From assembly GCA_012295275.1 (NCBI GenBank), contig CM022673.1:29450001-29514000 (forward strand): a stretch of 64,000 nt of DNA, written 5' to 3'. Source of the stretch: Chrysomallon squamiferum. Lineage: Eukaryota > Animalia > Mollusca. The notes under the pieces were generated by a model. That model saw only the letters and a list, made by a program, of their open reading frames with translations, had not been told where the DNA came from and did not search any database. Every line of letters starts with the position of its first letter. Position 1 is the first letter of the stretch. Below are positions 1 to 13,959 of the stretch, piece after piece. Position numbers and translations under genes: made by a program.

Positions 1-63
1 ATGTTAAGCTTCCGATGATATTTATAGCACTGAATAACTGTATTTGTTATTGGAAGCTCTTAC

Positions 64-182
64 CTGGCACACAGCACACTGAGGTATGTAATGCTTTGTC
101 AGTATACAGTGATGCTTTGCAACGTAAAATGTAAGATTTGAACAATTACAACAGGAGCCACTCAAATCAGACTCTTGAAAGT
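64..182 (-). CDS. Candidate further exon of the WSC gene (DFQESDLSGSCCNCSNLTFYVAKHHCILTKHYIPQCAVCQ)
   Basis: Bounded by ttattcatcag and CAG|GTAAGA. Open only in phase 1, which matches the end of exon 4. No recognisable domain motif. Confidence 0.3.
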
Positions 183-3100
183 CTGATGAATAACATGGTA
201 TTTACAGAGAGGCAATATATTAGTTCAGTCCTTCACAGACATCTAAATCATTATTTTTGTCATTTAATGTATCTAAATAAAGACTGAAAGATAAATATCT
301 GTACTACTCAAAAGCCATATAACAATAATAACAATGACTATATAATAATAAAATAATAATAATAATTAAAATATTAATTTAAAAATAAATTAAGAAATAA
401 AAAAATAAAAAATAAAACAATAATTTGATAAAACCAGGCATTTATGAAAATTAATTCTTTACAAAATGTTTTCTGGAAGGTTTCAATTTTAATATTTTAG
501 AGTTTATTTTTTAATAATATCATAATTCTTTTTTTATTCTTTTTTTAAACAAAATCTAAGTAAAACTTTAAATATTTGCAAGAAATTAATTTTCTTTTCA
601 TCAGTTATAAATTAATATTTTAGAGTGTATTTTTAAATAATATTAAAACTTTGTCTCCACAATGCTATCAGCAAAACTGCATTCTTTATTTTCAAAATAT
701 AAGCACACCTGGCACTATAATAACCTTAACATTTAAAATTTATTGTTTTATATATTTGAAGAATATAAAGTATAAATGAACTTTAAATGACCTACAGTTT
801 GTATGATATATGCAAAAATGTGTGTGCTTACCTAATATATTTAAAAAAATGATATTTCATCATTAAAAACAAAAGTGCCATTGTACTAACTTGCTAGGGA
901 ATTGAAAAACACAAATCAATCATTTTTCAGTTAAAATAATATTATTTTTGAGATAAAAATAAAATATTAAAAAATATCAGTGTATTATGCCATTTTTATT
1001 TTTGTTTGAAAACAAATTAGAAAAAAAAAATCATGCCAAAAAAATTATTATTATAAATAAAACTTTTAATTAATTGTAAAATAATGACTACAGATACAAA
1101 ATTCTAAAATATAACTATTATACAAACATAATTTTTGTAACATAATTATTACAGAATATAAATTTTAAAAATAATATTTGAAGCTAATTACATTACAGAA
1201 TGTGGCTTTTTAAAACAATTTTTTAAATTATTATTAAACAAAGTTAATTTTGTTTTTATTATAAAAACAAAAAACCATGAGAATAACAGATCACCGAGGA
1301 CATAATTTTCAAAAGAGATTTATAAAAATGTTAGAAATTTCCTAATTACGAAGGTAAAACAGAAACTACTTTTATTCAACTTTTCCAGCTGAGTATTACA
1401 ACCAAACTGTTCCTATCGACAATATCACAGAAGGATACCAGCGTCTGTTGCAGCAATTTTCATCATAGCTGTCAAGTGGCCTTTTATTCAGCAAGAGCAG
1501 TGAAATCCAGGTTTTCTTAAAGCTACAAAGAAGCCTGATCTTCTGTCTAAACTGTCAATACACCACAAAAGATCTGGTGACCCTGTAACACAGCTATAAA
1601 GAGCCAGACTACATAAGCACCCATCCTCCATTGTGTCACCCTGCAGAGTACAATAACCCTACCGCAAACAGGGTATAATGCTGCTTTTGTTAAAAGAAGA
1701 ATTCTACCTTTTTCAGCTCATTAAATTTAACATGAAATCAATTGCCAGGGGACATAAGAACCAATTAGGACGTTATTGTCCCACTTGTGGACCAAACTTA
1801 ACATGGATTCATCGTGATTACTAGACTGAAGGAAATTAATGCACCTTCAGACCTCCATAGGACGCCACACTTTCTTATTAAATGGTCATTAATCGCTTTT
1901 CAAATTAACCATGACATCACAACAATAGCCCCCTTATCTGCAAGGATGCAGTTTAATGCCGAACATGACAGATAATATAAGGGTTCATGCCAAACCAAAA
2001 ACCACACAGGGCTTTTTTCTTTACATTTTTTGTGTAAATGGGTCAAAAGTCATTATTGAAAGAGTAACAATCACCAAAAAATTTTGAATATTCATTTTTG
2101 ACAAAATCCTTGATTCACAATAATAGCAAGTGTAGCAAATGCATATGTCAACATTTAAATCTAAGTTAAATAAATTAATGTATTTTTTTAATTCATTATA
2201 ATTTGTCTCATGCATCTGTTTTAATACATGTCAAAAAATTTTTTTTAAATAAATGCAGTTATTTTATTCTGGATTAACTGAGTGATGGTTAATAATAAGA
2301 TGCCATATGTCTTAATAAATATTATAATTTTCATTTCTAAATTCAGATTAAAAAAAAAATAGGAAGATTACAAAAAGAAAAGAGAAAAAAATGGACATCT
2401 ATAGCTAAAGGTAAATCTTAAAATATTTTAGTATATTTCTATATCAATTGTTTTTATTGATTTTTTGTATGAATAATTTTAATTTTATATACTATTTCTT
2501 TTTCTTCTTCTTCTTGTTTTGTTTTTTATGCTTCATTTTGTTGTTTAATTATAAACAAAATGTACATCAATAAAAACGTAACTACAAAAATAGAAAAGCA
2601 TTAATTAAAATATGCTGAAGCCTTATTATTTATACTAACAGTAAAAATTAATTATTTTGTTAAGTCATGTTTTCTTCTGAAATGGTCTCTTTTCAGAACT
2701 GTCTCAGTTCACAAACTGAATTTCCTGACATGTTTTCAACACCACTGTAAAGTTTATAATTGTGATAACTGACACAAGTGGCACCTGAGCATGCAGATGC
2801 CAAGTATTTGAGTTGGGATCCAGCTAGCTGAACTGCTGGGTACCACAACATGCTGGCTTTTGTTTAGCCAGATTAGTGGCCAAAACAGCAAATACTTTAA
2901 ACCAGATTCTTTCAAAGAAAGCTGCAAACTGAAAGTACTTTTTAAAATATTATGAGAGTTTGTTAGAATAATATTAATAATATTAATAATGGTAAGACAG
3001 TGCTGTGTACTGTAATGGGCAAATGGACAATTGTAGGTATAATTTAAATTCTTTCTTCTTCTTCTTTTCATTTTTATTATTATTATCCTTTTTCTTCTTT

Positions 3101-3420
3101 TTTGCTTTCAGTTTTTTTCTTCTTTTTTTTCATGTTTTAAAATTAAAGAAATTTAGAAATGTGATTATACTGCTATAATACAGCAAGGTTTATTATACTC
3201 ATTAACACCTTTTTGGAACATCAAAATAAATGGATATACCATCTGCAATATTTACTGATTCTGAAATAAAGTATATAAAAACAATAAAAGAAATCATCAT
3301 AATATTAATAAATTAGTAAGATCATGTTAGATTTCTAAAAGAGCAAAGGGTTATAGGTAGTTATAATTTCGTTTGTCTGTATGTCTGTTTTTCTCTCTAT
3401 CTCTCTGTCTCTCTCTGTAC

Positions 3421-3488
3421 ATATATATATATACACACATTTATGTATGTATTATCTATGTATGTATGTGTATGTGTATATATATATA

Positions 3489-3535
<47 letters not shown>

Positions 3536-3678
3536 ATGTATATATTTTGTATTTAAGTATATCTGTGTATGCATTTATATCCATATATATATATATATAT
3601 ATATATATGTGGATATATTTTATGTCTGTCTGCATGATTGTATGTATGTATGTATGTATGTATGTATGTATGCATGTA
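3421..3678. repeat. Compound (TA)n/(TG)n/(TATG)n microsatellite
   Basis: Directly visible. Confidence 0.97.
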
Positions 3679-3732
3679 TTATAAACAACATCAAAAACTG
3701 GGGACATTTTTGTTTAATGTTAAAAATCATAC

Positions 3733-3920
3733 CATCAGTAATATTAATGAATTTTGCCACTTGTAAGTCTGCGTTGAGGACCACTGGAAGGTGAGTTACT
3801 ATCCATGTTGCATCTACATGGGCTGAGCACTGATCAACATAAGGTCCTGCAGCAAGATAAAAACTGTGAAACCGCCTCGCACCACCACACGGAAGAAGAT
3901 GCTCCACATTGTCTGAACAT
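3733..3920 (-). CDS. WSC-domain protein, exon 4 (CSDNVEHLLPCGGARRFHSFY...FINITD)
   Basis: Acceptor tctttttatag, donor GTATGA, 188 nt, phase 2 to 1. Supplies the last two WSC cysteines including the CGG motif, then a beta-rich segment. The donor position is less certain than the acceptor. Confidence 0.88.
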
Positions 3921-4880
3921 CTATAAAAAGATTTTAAAAATAATTAAATAAATAAATAAATATCTGCAGACATGAACTGATCGTGTTGCAGTAATAACAA
4001 AGTTTCAGATTACTTATTTAATTAAAAGACAACTTGATTTTAGTACTTGTGTGAGTGTGTGTATGTGTGAGTGAACAATTAATATTTTACTTTTTTATTT
4101 TTTATTTTTTTATTTAAGTATCATTTATGAAATTATTTTTAATAGATCTTACATTTAACATTCTCCTTAAGGTTTTATGGTGTTGGGCTTTGTGGTTTTG
4201 CGGTTTATTTTATTTCATTTTACTTTATTCCATTTCATTTTTTTTTTTTTTTTTTTTTTTTTATTATTTCAAAAATAAAAAGAATCAACGAAAGTATAAA
4301 ACAAAGAAACCACCATCATTCATTCAGATCATGCATTACAATGCCAGGTGTAAAACCCAGTCATCCATATCTCCTAAGTACACCACAGAGTCCCACAAGT
4401 AATAAAAATACTTATAACATTAGTAACACTGGGACATAACACCTGTTAATGTATTAATTTTAAGCATAATATACGTATACATGTATATCTATAACAAAAA
4501 GGAAATTATCAACAAGAAGTGAGGTCAGTGAGAACAAATATATTAAAAGACATCTCAGTCAGTTATCTACAGGATGCTTTCCAGTTAAAATAGTTAACCG
4601 CTGTGACAGGATCCCATAGTTACAAACATGGGCTACGGTGACCTGGGCAAAATGTTTTTTTCATTCATGAATACTGCATTATATAGATCTATATAAATTA
4701 GCTCTACACAAAGTGCAGAATTTGTTGTGGAAAATATACTGATTTCTATTAAATAAAATAAAAAATACTTACTTTGTTTCACACTCTTTTGTTTTTAGTT
4801 TTTATTCCAGATAAATAGTTTTACATTATAAATACGTGGCCATAAATGATTTCTATTTTTTTTAATGTCTTGGTATGTGT

Positions 4881-4917
<37 letters not shown>

Positions 4918-5959
4918 TGTACAGTTTAATCATTATGCTAACAGCTGTGCTATTTTCTATTTTATAAGGTATGTTAGATTAAATATTCTATAAATTATCC
5001 CACACCTATTGAAATAGCAGTCTGATTTATAACATCCTGGCATTATCAGTGGCACTTATCCTATAAGATCAATGTAAACTTTACTATCACCTTTTTAAAC
5101 AGGTGACAAACCAGCCACATATATTTCTTTTTATATCATTTACTAACTTTAGTCAAATTTAAGACTTGCTTTGGCTCAGTTTATTCATAATAATCCTTTT
5201 TTATATTTATATATCACATAATCTGATGTTATTAGTACAAGACGTCTCTGCTTATGAACACGTTCAGTTCAGAGCAGTTGCTGTAAGTCTGTTTGTTTGT
5301 AAGTCCAACATAAATATGTATCCAATATTAGACAGTAATGTAGTATTAATGAAAGTATGAACATAATGAAAACCTAGAAATGTATACAGTATGTTAATAC
5401 AGGAAAAATATTGTGTACACCAAAAAAAAAAAAAAAACATTTTTTTTTTTTTAATAAGTGTAATAAATAAAATAAAGTTTATAATATCTTGAACAGAAAT
5501 CATGGAACAGTTCATACTGAACAAACAGGAAATGTTCACTATTTTTTTCACCTCATTCTACTTTCTTCATTATGTCCACTTTTTTTTTCTGCTGTGTTGG
5601 CTTTTAATCCTTAACATTAACTCTAGCTTCACCACTGCTTTTGCAGTTAACATCATAAAAGTGGTTTACTAAATCACAAATAACACAAAATGTATGGTGA
5701 GAGCACAATCATGTGTATGAACAATGCATCTAGTGTAAGATACATTTCAGTATATCCTGGTGCTTCATGGGTGTCAGTATATATGTATGTATGTTTCAAT
5801 GTGTGTGTGTGTGTGTGTGTGTGTGGGTGTGTGTGCATGTGTGTGTGTGTGTGTGTGTCTGTGTATATCCATCTATATATGTATGTATTAGTTATGTATG
5901 TATGAATGTAGTTATGGATGTGTTTATTTATGTACCATATATAGACATATAAAACTTAC

Positions 5960-6055
5960 CTATCATAGCAGTAAGCCCTATCCACTGCCTTCCAACCACT
6001 TGTGTTATTGTGACAACTGCAATCACTTCCCCACTGCACGTTGACAAATGTGAAC
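5960..6055 (-). CDS. WSC-domain protein, exon 3 (GFTFVNVQWGSDCSCHNNTSGWKAVDRAYCYDR)
   Basis: Acceptor ttttcttttcttgacag, donor GTAAGT, 96 nt, phase 2 to 2. Matches the WSC G(F/Y)xxxxxQxGxxCxC core. Absent from the ORF track because it is short. Confidence 0.93.
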
Positions 6056-6489
6056 CTGTCAAGAAAAGAAAATTAAACAGAAATCTGTTAAATTCAAGAC
6101 TAAAATAACTCCAGCATTGTGCTATACAAATCTCGATATCAGTTTAGAAATGAGGAGTTGTATTTAAGTGGGTCAACAACAAACCGATAACTGAAATATC
6201 AAGGTAATTTGTCAAACATTTGTTTTCCAATTTCCTCATAGATCTGCCAAAGCATAATCTGCGGCTGAACTGCGGTAGAAAACTTGGTTATTCCATCGCC
6301 TTAAAATCAATAGAAGTGTGTAGTTAGGCACATTCATGCATAATAATAACAATAAATAAGTGAGATTTTCCTTCATGAATGGTGTAAAATAATACTATAA
6401 TTAGACAGCATAACAACCTTTATTATATCTGCCAAGGGAAAATTTAAATATCTTCTCTTATATTCTTTTACCTCCACTGTTATAATTTC

Positions 6490-6650
6490 AAACTGAGACA
6501 TGATAAGTCACAAGATCAATCTTTTTCAGAGCATCCATGTGGTTATTTCCCAATCCAACCACTCTGCCATAACTATTTTACTGAATGACATGGTTTGTGT
6601 TTTCCTGTTTATGAACAGGTTCTTAGAAGTGCCATTTAACTGCTAATTGA
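6490..6650 (+). mobile_element. Decayed SINE copy of the same family, in WSC intron 2
   Basis: ttatttcccaatccaaccac...atggtttgtgttttcctgtttatg...ctgctaattg is collinear with the 23810 copy. Confidence 0.5.
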
Positions 6651-8914
6651 TACAAAAAGCTTTTTTGTGCAGCAAAATCAGATTTATAATAATTATTATT
6701 ATACAAAAATAACAGAATCTTACTTAATAGAATTAAACAGGAAAATAAAATATAGTGGACCAAAAAATATCCATTAATTTATTTATAATATCTATCAGTA
6801 TAACTAGCATAAACAAATATCATAAATAATAATTAATGACAGGGTATATTTAATTATAATAATATATCATCATCATAGTCATCAGTTATTACTACTTCTG
6901 CTACCACTATAACTATTATTACTGCTGTTAATACTATTATTATACCATAGCATGACCACCACAACCTTTATTATTAATAGCTTTATTATTAGTAATCACA
7001 GTGAAAGTAGGAGGAATATAACAGTGTTAGTAACCAGTTTACAGTTTGGTTATGTAATTTTAGTATTCACTGAAATATCAGTATTTACAAGTTATATAGA
7101 TGAGATAAGTAAAAAATTTAAAAACATGTTAAGAGAAACAATATCTTATTATTAGATATTTTCATAACCTATTTAATTATAAATACTGAAATAATAGGTA
7201 TAACAGCTTTGAAAAATAACTATTAAAAAAGTCCAAACAAAACCCAACAAAATAACTAAATCTATTTGCAGGCACACTTTTCTAATTAATGTTTTGTCGT
7301 GTTTTTTCTGACTAAACTCATGGATTCAGTCATCATTTTTTGTTCTTTTTTATGATTATTTCAGGTAAATTTGTTTATTTGCATGCATATTGTGCCAGGT
7401 TATAAAGCATAGCTGTTAACATGGTTTTTAAATTAAATTCTTCTGGTGAGATATAGGCCATTTACAAAGATAATTTTTTTTTTTTTTTTTCTTTAATGAA
7501 TAATGAAATCATTAATTTAGCAAGATACAAAGTACACATTATTTTCAAGCTGTAAGTTGATTTAAAATGTTTCTGCATTAAACCATAAAAGGATTAGCAC
7601 AGAAACTTTATATTATTTTAATACAAATGGTTAATGAGAATGTAATTTTATAGTTTTAATAAAAAAGAAGATGATATTTCTCCAAACTACTTTAAAAAGT
7701 CAATAAAATTACTATTTAATTTTTGCCATGAATAAAAAAAATGAAATCTATCAAAATTTAAAAACAAAATTCAAATTCAATGTAGAAAATACTAATACAT
7801 GCAGGCAGCATAACCATTAAAATAACAATATTAAATTTTAATAATAAATAAAACAATAAAAAAATTTACAACACCAATTAACCAATTCATTATCATCTTA
7901 CATTTTTTTTTTTTTCTTTTTTTTTTTTTTTTCTAAATTTAATCTATAATCTTAAAGTTACCTGAGGAGATTACTGGTTTAACTTGTCAAGATGTTTTCT
8001 GATGTTTGAACCAAAACACAAAAATCGACAGCAAAACTATAAAATAATCCACCTGGCATAAACAAAGCAATATTTTCTGAAAGAACCGACAACAAAGGCT
8101 TTGAGCCAATTACAAATTTACCATGACAGCAACACAAGTGGGTGACATTATAATTAAGGTTTGTTTTCACAAACCATTCATCGCAGCTAACATGGACAAG
8201 ATTTATTACAGTAAGTTCACACATAATGTGGGAACTTTCTTTTACAATGAAATGGAGACCTTCAGTTTGTGAAATGGATCTGCATGCAACATGGACACCT
8301 TGTTAAAGAAAGGTACTCTGTTCCTAGCAACCGTATTTTGAAAAAATAAAAAATAAAAAATATATAACATTTGACCTGAACCAACAAAAAGATAACAGAA
8401 AAACCAGTCGAAGTAGCAATTATAAAGGATCACACAAACTCTTCCTCTAACAAACGACTTCTCTGTAATTATGTCATTCACACATCATCAATGACAATTC
8501 TCAAAATTACAGTAATTTAGCTAAAGATACAGATATCACATCAGCACCTTCTGTTTAATTCAAATGAATCAAACTTTTAAAATATAATGAATACATTACT
8601 GACACTGCAGAACTTTTTTTTAATTAACTGATGGGTCTTGACTTAAATTTCATTCCAGGTAATGTTTTAATTAACCTTTAATACTATTTCTCCACCGAAA
8701 TGAAATGAAATTTAAGGATCAGTGAAATCAATCCTTTTCACCAAATAAAAATACTTACAAGATGGTGTTGAATAATAACTAATCATATTCAGTAGGTGAA
8801 CAATAATTACAGAAAAAGTTAGAATTACCAAATCATACTTTTAAAAGTATGCTGTTGTTGTTGTTTTTTTTATACAAAGAAAAAAAGTAAGATTTACAAA
8901 GGCTAAAAGACAAT

Positions 8915-8960
<46 letters not shown>

Positions 8961-10727
8961 TACACACACATACATACTCATCCACATGCTCAGTCATCAT
9001 AAGTTTTACTTAAAAGTTTTAAATGCACAATATAAGGGAGGTAACTGTATAGCATAAAACAACTATGTGACATTATTTTTTCTTTAAAATTGTCTTTAAA
9101 AAATCACATATACATACACACACACACATATATATATATGATGCATTTATATTATTAAATATATTAATTAAAAATTAGAAAAAAATGAGACATTAATTTC
9201 ACATCAGATAAAACGTCACAGTAACAATAAATAGAGATTAATTTGTTCTTCCATCAAAATAAACACTAATGTTTGACTGTCTATCACTCCAAACTATTTT
9301 ATACATTCATTTTACACAACTCTAATGACATGAGAAGACCAAATGAAAGCATATTTTCAGATCTATATTATCAACCCTTGTTTATTTGAGATTTGAAATT
9401 GTCAAAAATGGTAATACTTGAAAAATGTTCCCATTACTGCAGAAATTCTTTTTTCAACATACACTTGTCAAGTAAAAGTTTACAAAACTAAATCAGTTAC
9501 TGGAACCATTTAGAATCATTTAATAGACTTTTTTTTATTATTATTCCAATATTCATTTAATTTTTCATTCTAGAAAAATATATTTCAACATGATTCTCTC
9601 GTGTCAAATTAAAGTGTATGTATGTGTTTGTGAGAAAGTGTATGTGTATATATGTGTGTATGTGTAAGTGTATATGTGTATATGTTTATGTGTGTATGTG
9701 TATGTATGTATGTGTATATATGGTTGTATTATATGTACATGTCTTATGTTGAAAAGTTAAATTTAATACTATTCACAAAATTAATGTTTATTTTATTTAA
9801 TTTCATACATGGTATGTGTATATGTGTGTGTGTCAATAAACACATACATACACATATGCACACACGTATGAAATAAAATAAAATAGATATACATTAATTT
9901 TGTGAACATTTTATATGTTGTTAAATAAATCTAAATATTGTCTTCAAATTTCAGTTTACAAATACTATGAACTTCTATATTATTTGTTGATAATTTTTTA
10001 CGGTATATTTTATCTGCTTAAAATGTTAGTTATTTATTTTTTATTACTTATTTTATTTTTTAGCTTTATACAATAAAAGAAATTGATAGATACCCATCAC
10101 TGTTTCAGTCATTCGTATGCTTTTTAAAAACTTAAAAGAAGTTAACATTTATTTAGTTTTTAAAAATGAATGCTATCAAAAACAAAATAAATTTTCCGAC
10201 TGTAATTTTGGTTTAGATTATTTTTTTATTATTTTGCTCTGAGAAAAACCCTGAGAAAACAAATGTCAAACACCAGCAACTCTATAAATTATAAACTATG
10301 TTTTTAAAACAAGATAATAAAAAATAAACCAGCCAAATAAAATATTCAGCAAGTTACAAATTAAGGCAAAATCAGACAAAATATATTTATAATTGTACGT
10401 ACTATGTTTAATTTTTAATCACTTTTGAATTAACACAAGAAATAAATACATTCAAAGAAAATCTTGGCATCACCAAAGACCCAGTCTATTTGTGATATTG
10501 CATATATTAAAAACAATATCTATGTTGACTCAGTTTGAAGAGAATATTTAAACTGGATAATGTTTAATTTTTGAATATATTTCATAAATCAAAAAAAATA
10601 AATTATCCTCATCAGCATCATTCTCATACTACTACAACTACTTCTACAACTATCAAAACTCAACAACTACCACCACTACCACTACTACTATTACTACCAC
10701 TAATAAAAATAATAAATAAAAACACAC

Positions 10728-10845
10728 CCATATTTTTTACAATGACGGGAACACTCTATTATAGATGATATATTTGTCCTGTATATATCTTCAATTTGAA
10801 TATCATCCTTTTCATAACATCCATAATACCATGTTTCAGAGGAGA
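10728..10845 (-). CDS. WSC-domain protein, exon 2 (VSSETWYYGCYEKDD...IECSRHCKKYG)
   Basis: Acceptor tattttctatttcag, donor GTGTGT, 118 nt, phase 1 to 2. Encodes the WSC N-terminal YxGCY and CxxxC motifs. Confidence 0.92.
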
Positions 10846-12229
10846 CTGAAATAGAAAATATAAATAAACAACCTGAAGAAAAAAAATCAGACTTTTTCAA
10901 AACATTATTTTTAATATTCATGAATAAATTTCTACTTTACTGTATATAAAAACTTTTTAGAACATTCTTTTTTTTTCCAAATAAACAGCCATTTGTTAAT
11001 AATTTACTTAAACTAAACACAGTATAGAAAAAAAAAACTATCTGAATAATGCAGAACTAAGTATTACTAAAATAAGCTTTGAAGAAAAAAGTTATGAAAA
11101 CAACTGAAAAAATAAACCTTATTTTGATAGCCTTCAATTGTATATTTTTTCTTTTTTATTATTATTATTATTTTTTTTTTTTTTTTTTTTATTTATTATT
11201 GTTATTTTTTAATGTTTGTTACCTGATAAAAAAAAAAAAAATAATAATATTCAGTAAGTAAATTATTATATGAATCAGCATGTGCTTTGTGGGTGCATGG
11301 CTCTGTTTTTGCATGAAAATGTGTAAAAAATGTTTTTTCAGTTTTTGTTGTTTTTAATGAAAGAAATAAACCTCAAAACTCAAGCACAGTTACTTAGTTC
11401 TTTCTATTCATTAGATTTCATGAACTGACAGTATAGACATATTATTTTGCATACACTTGATAGGAATCACATATGCATCCAACTGATGACTATATTTTAA
11501 AAAATGACACTTGTAATACACCCGATAAAGAGAAAAAAGTATTAATTTGTGAAATTAACGTTATTCATGTAGGTTTTTTTAAACTACTATTTTCATTGTT
11601 GTGTACACAATTTTTCTAAAATAAAGTTTATTCTGATCATAGGGCTTTGTAATTTTGAGAAATAGATAAACAGATAGGTAAGTAAAGTAACTAAAAGAAG
11701 TCTAATGCTGTCAAAGTGTGTGCTCAAAACAGCCACTAAATATTTGTAGTTGTGATTTCATGTTTTATTTTTTTTTTTTAATTATTAGTTTGATTTTTTC
11801 TTTTTTCTTTTCCATTTTTTTTTTTGTCTTTCCATCATCTTTTATAAATTTATATACACACACACACCTCCTTGCAATAAGTATACTGTTGATGTTTTTT
11901 TTTATAGTTATGAATTAAAAACAAAATAATGAAGTTTTTATTATTATTATTATGTCAACACTCACAATTGTTTAATTATTTTATTATTTAATAGCATTTT
12001 AAAATATTTATTTTTTATTTTTATTTTCTTCCATTTAATTTTAATTATTCTACATTATAGTCTGATCACAGTTCAGTTTGTTGACTTGGTTTTCTTTGTA
12101 ACGAACTTAGTCAAGAATAACTTCATGAATTACACAAACATTGTTTGTTGTTGTTGTTGTTACTTTGGTGTTTGTTTGTTTGGGGTTTTTTCCTTTTTTA
12201 TTTTTTATTTTTTTGTTATGGTTTTAAGT

Positions 12230-12900
12230 ATAACGGCGTTTCGTTTTTGCCGAAATCGATTACTTGCACAACGTCAAAAAGAAAGTTAAGACGTGCCAAT
12301 AGATACCCGCAAACATATCAAAACGAGGCTTACCTAACAAAAGAAGAGACGCTTGAGTGATTAGCGACAAAATGATCATTATTAGGAACCGTACACATGC
12401 GTTTTTCTGTCCTCGGGGTTATTGCATGTCTTTATAAAATTCCTGTACATCATTCCTCAAGTGTCAGAACAATCTTATGAAAATAGTACACAGGAAGTTC
12501 TAAAATTCCTACTCTATAGACATTTAGACTTCCGCTTTTTTGTCTATTTATAGTTTCCTTATATTGATTTATTGGAAAGAGAAAACACTATATTAAATAC
12601 CAGAGTAGTACTGAAATAGCAATTTAAATAAGGATCTTATATTTCTTGTTTTTTTTCGTTTTAAAATGACAATGGACTATGTAGACGCGGATGAATCGCG
12701 CACCTGCTGATACTACTTGGAAGCGGTACCAATGTTCGGCTGCTGCAGTAACCATGATTAAAGTAAACATGTTGATTCATCTATAAATTTAAATGCCCTC
12801 GTTATCTTTGAGATAGAAAAGATGGCTGAATTAGAAAAGTCCCGGACATCACTTCATCCACCCCCTGGTGAAGCATACAAATTCTATAGTTTTTCAAGAT
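12230..12900. promoter_or_regulatory. CpG-enriched promoter region of the WSC gene, possibly bidirectional
   Basis: Local CpG cluster in a CpG-poor window, overlapping the first exon. Minus-strand TATAAAG at about 12430-12436, ETS-like CAGGAAGT (12491) and ACTTCCG (12529), YY1/Kozak-like AAGATGGC (12819). Confidence 0.6.
12334..12379 (-). CDS. WSC-domain secreted/cell-surface protein, coding exon 1 (signal peptide MIILSLITQASLLLL)
   Basis: ATG at 12379 with an in-frame upstream TAA. 15 mostly hydrophobic codons +1 nt, then a GTAAG donor. Phase 1 joins exon 2 to give MIILSLITQASLLLLVSS-ETW, a typical cleavable signal peptide. Confidence 0.85.
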
Positions 12901-13541
12901 TAGAAATTAGTTGTGTTCCGTCACTTTTTTTTTTTTTTTTTTTTTTTTTTTGTTCATTATTTCTCTAACCTACCGCAGTTATTCAGTGTTGCTACTATTA
13001 CTTATCACTGGAGTTTCAAAGAACGAAATATTGGCGGAGACCCTTTAGATACATGCATAATTTCACCATATCAGTTTCATTTAATATAGAGAAGAAAAAA
13101 AAAAGAATATAAATAATAAAATGTAGAAATAATGTTTTTAATTTTAAAAAATTAAAAAATTGTAATAAGAAAATAAAACATGAACACAAGTCAATAAATA
13201 GCAGAAAACAATCCTAAACACTGTTAAAAAATATAATAATATAAATCAGATGATATAATATACATTTAACTGTTTCAAGAATTTTTCTATGTATATATTT
13301 TAATATATTTTATAATTATTTACCTGTATTTAATCTTTTAAAATAAATACAAAATAAATATAATAATTATTGGAATTTAACATAATTATGATAAATATAA
13401 ATATTATTTCTAAATCTTACTGTACATACCAATACTCGGTGTCCCCCCCCCATTAGTCGGAACCCCATTTGTCAATTTGTTAGACAGTTTGTGAGACAGT
13501 GTAATTAGTTTCATTGGCTTGCCTCACTATTGCTATAATGT

Positions 13542-13780
13542 TATAGCTCAATGAGCTTGGTATTAAATAAATTCATTGTTTAATTGATGGTATAGCCCAA
13601 TGAGCTTGGTATTAAATAAAGTCATTGCTCAATTGATGGTATAGCTCAATGAGCTTGGTATTAAATAAATTCATTGTTTTATTGATGGGATAGCCCAATG
13701 AGCTTGGTATTAAATAAATTCATTGTTTAATTGATGGGATAGCCCAGTGAGCTTGGTATTTCATTGTTTAATTGATGGTA
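13542..13780. repeat. 49-bp minisatellite, about 5 copies
   Basis: Unit atagc(c/t)caatgagcttggtattaaataaattcattgtttaattgatgg(t/g) starts at 13543, 13592, 13641, 13690 and 13739. Confidence 0.95.
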
Positions 13781-13959
13781 ACTCTTGCATTGGAGTGAGA
13801 ACATATTAAATAAATACATTGCCGAAGCTAACCTGGTAGGCAAGTGGACAGAAACCCTTGATGGATTGCGCTTTCTTCTTTGCAAAGACAGTGTTGGCAA
13901 CAATGTGCTCAGTTTGCAACTGACATCCAGCTCCGAGTACTTGAAGAAGACATCACAAA

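Noticed and set aside
2754-3071. 105-aa minus-strand ORF within the WSC gene span
   Set aside because: The phase-1 frame required after exon 4 hits a TAG when read from the best acceptor (ttgcag), and no domain motif is present.
3373-3794. ORFs rich in VCVC/YIYI/THTH (also 5690, 9652, 38562, 46606, 48556, 56516, 60041, 62096)
   Set aside because: Microsatellite or low-complexity translations.
7962-8052. Minus-strand AG...GT-bounded segment in WSC intron 2
   Set aside because: Stops in all three frames, and exons 2 and 3 already join in phase.
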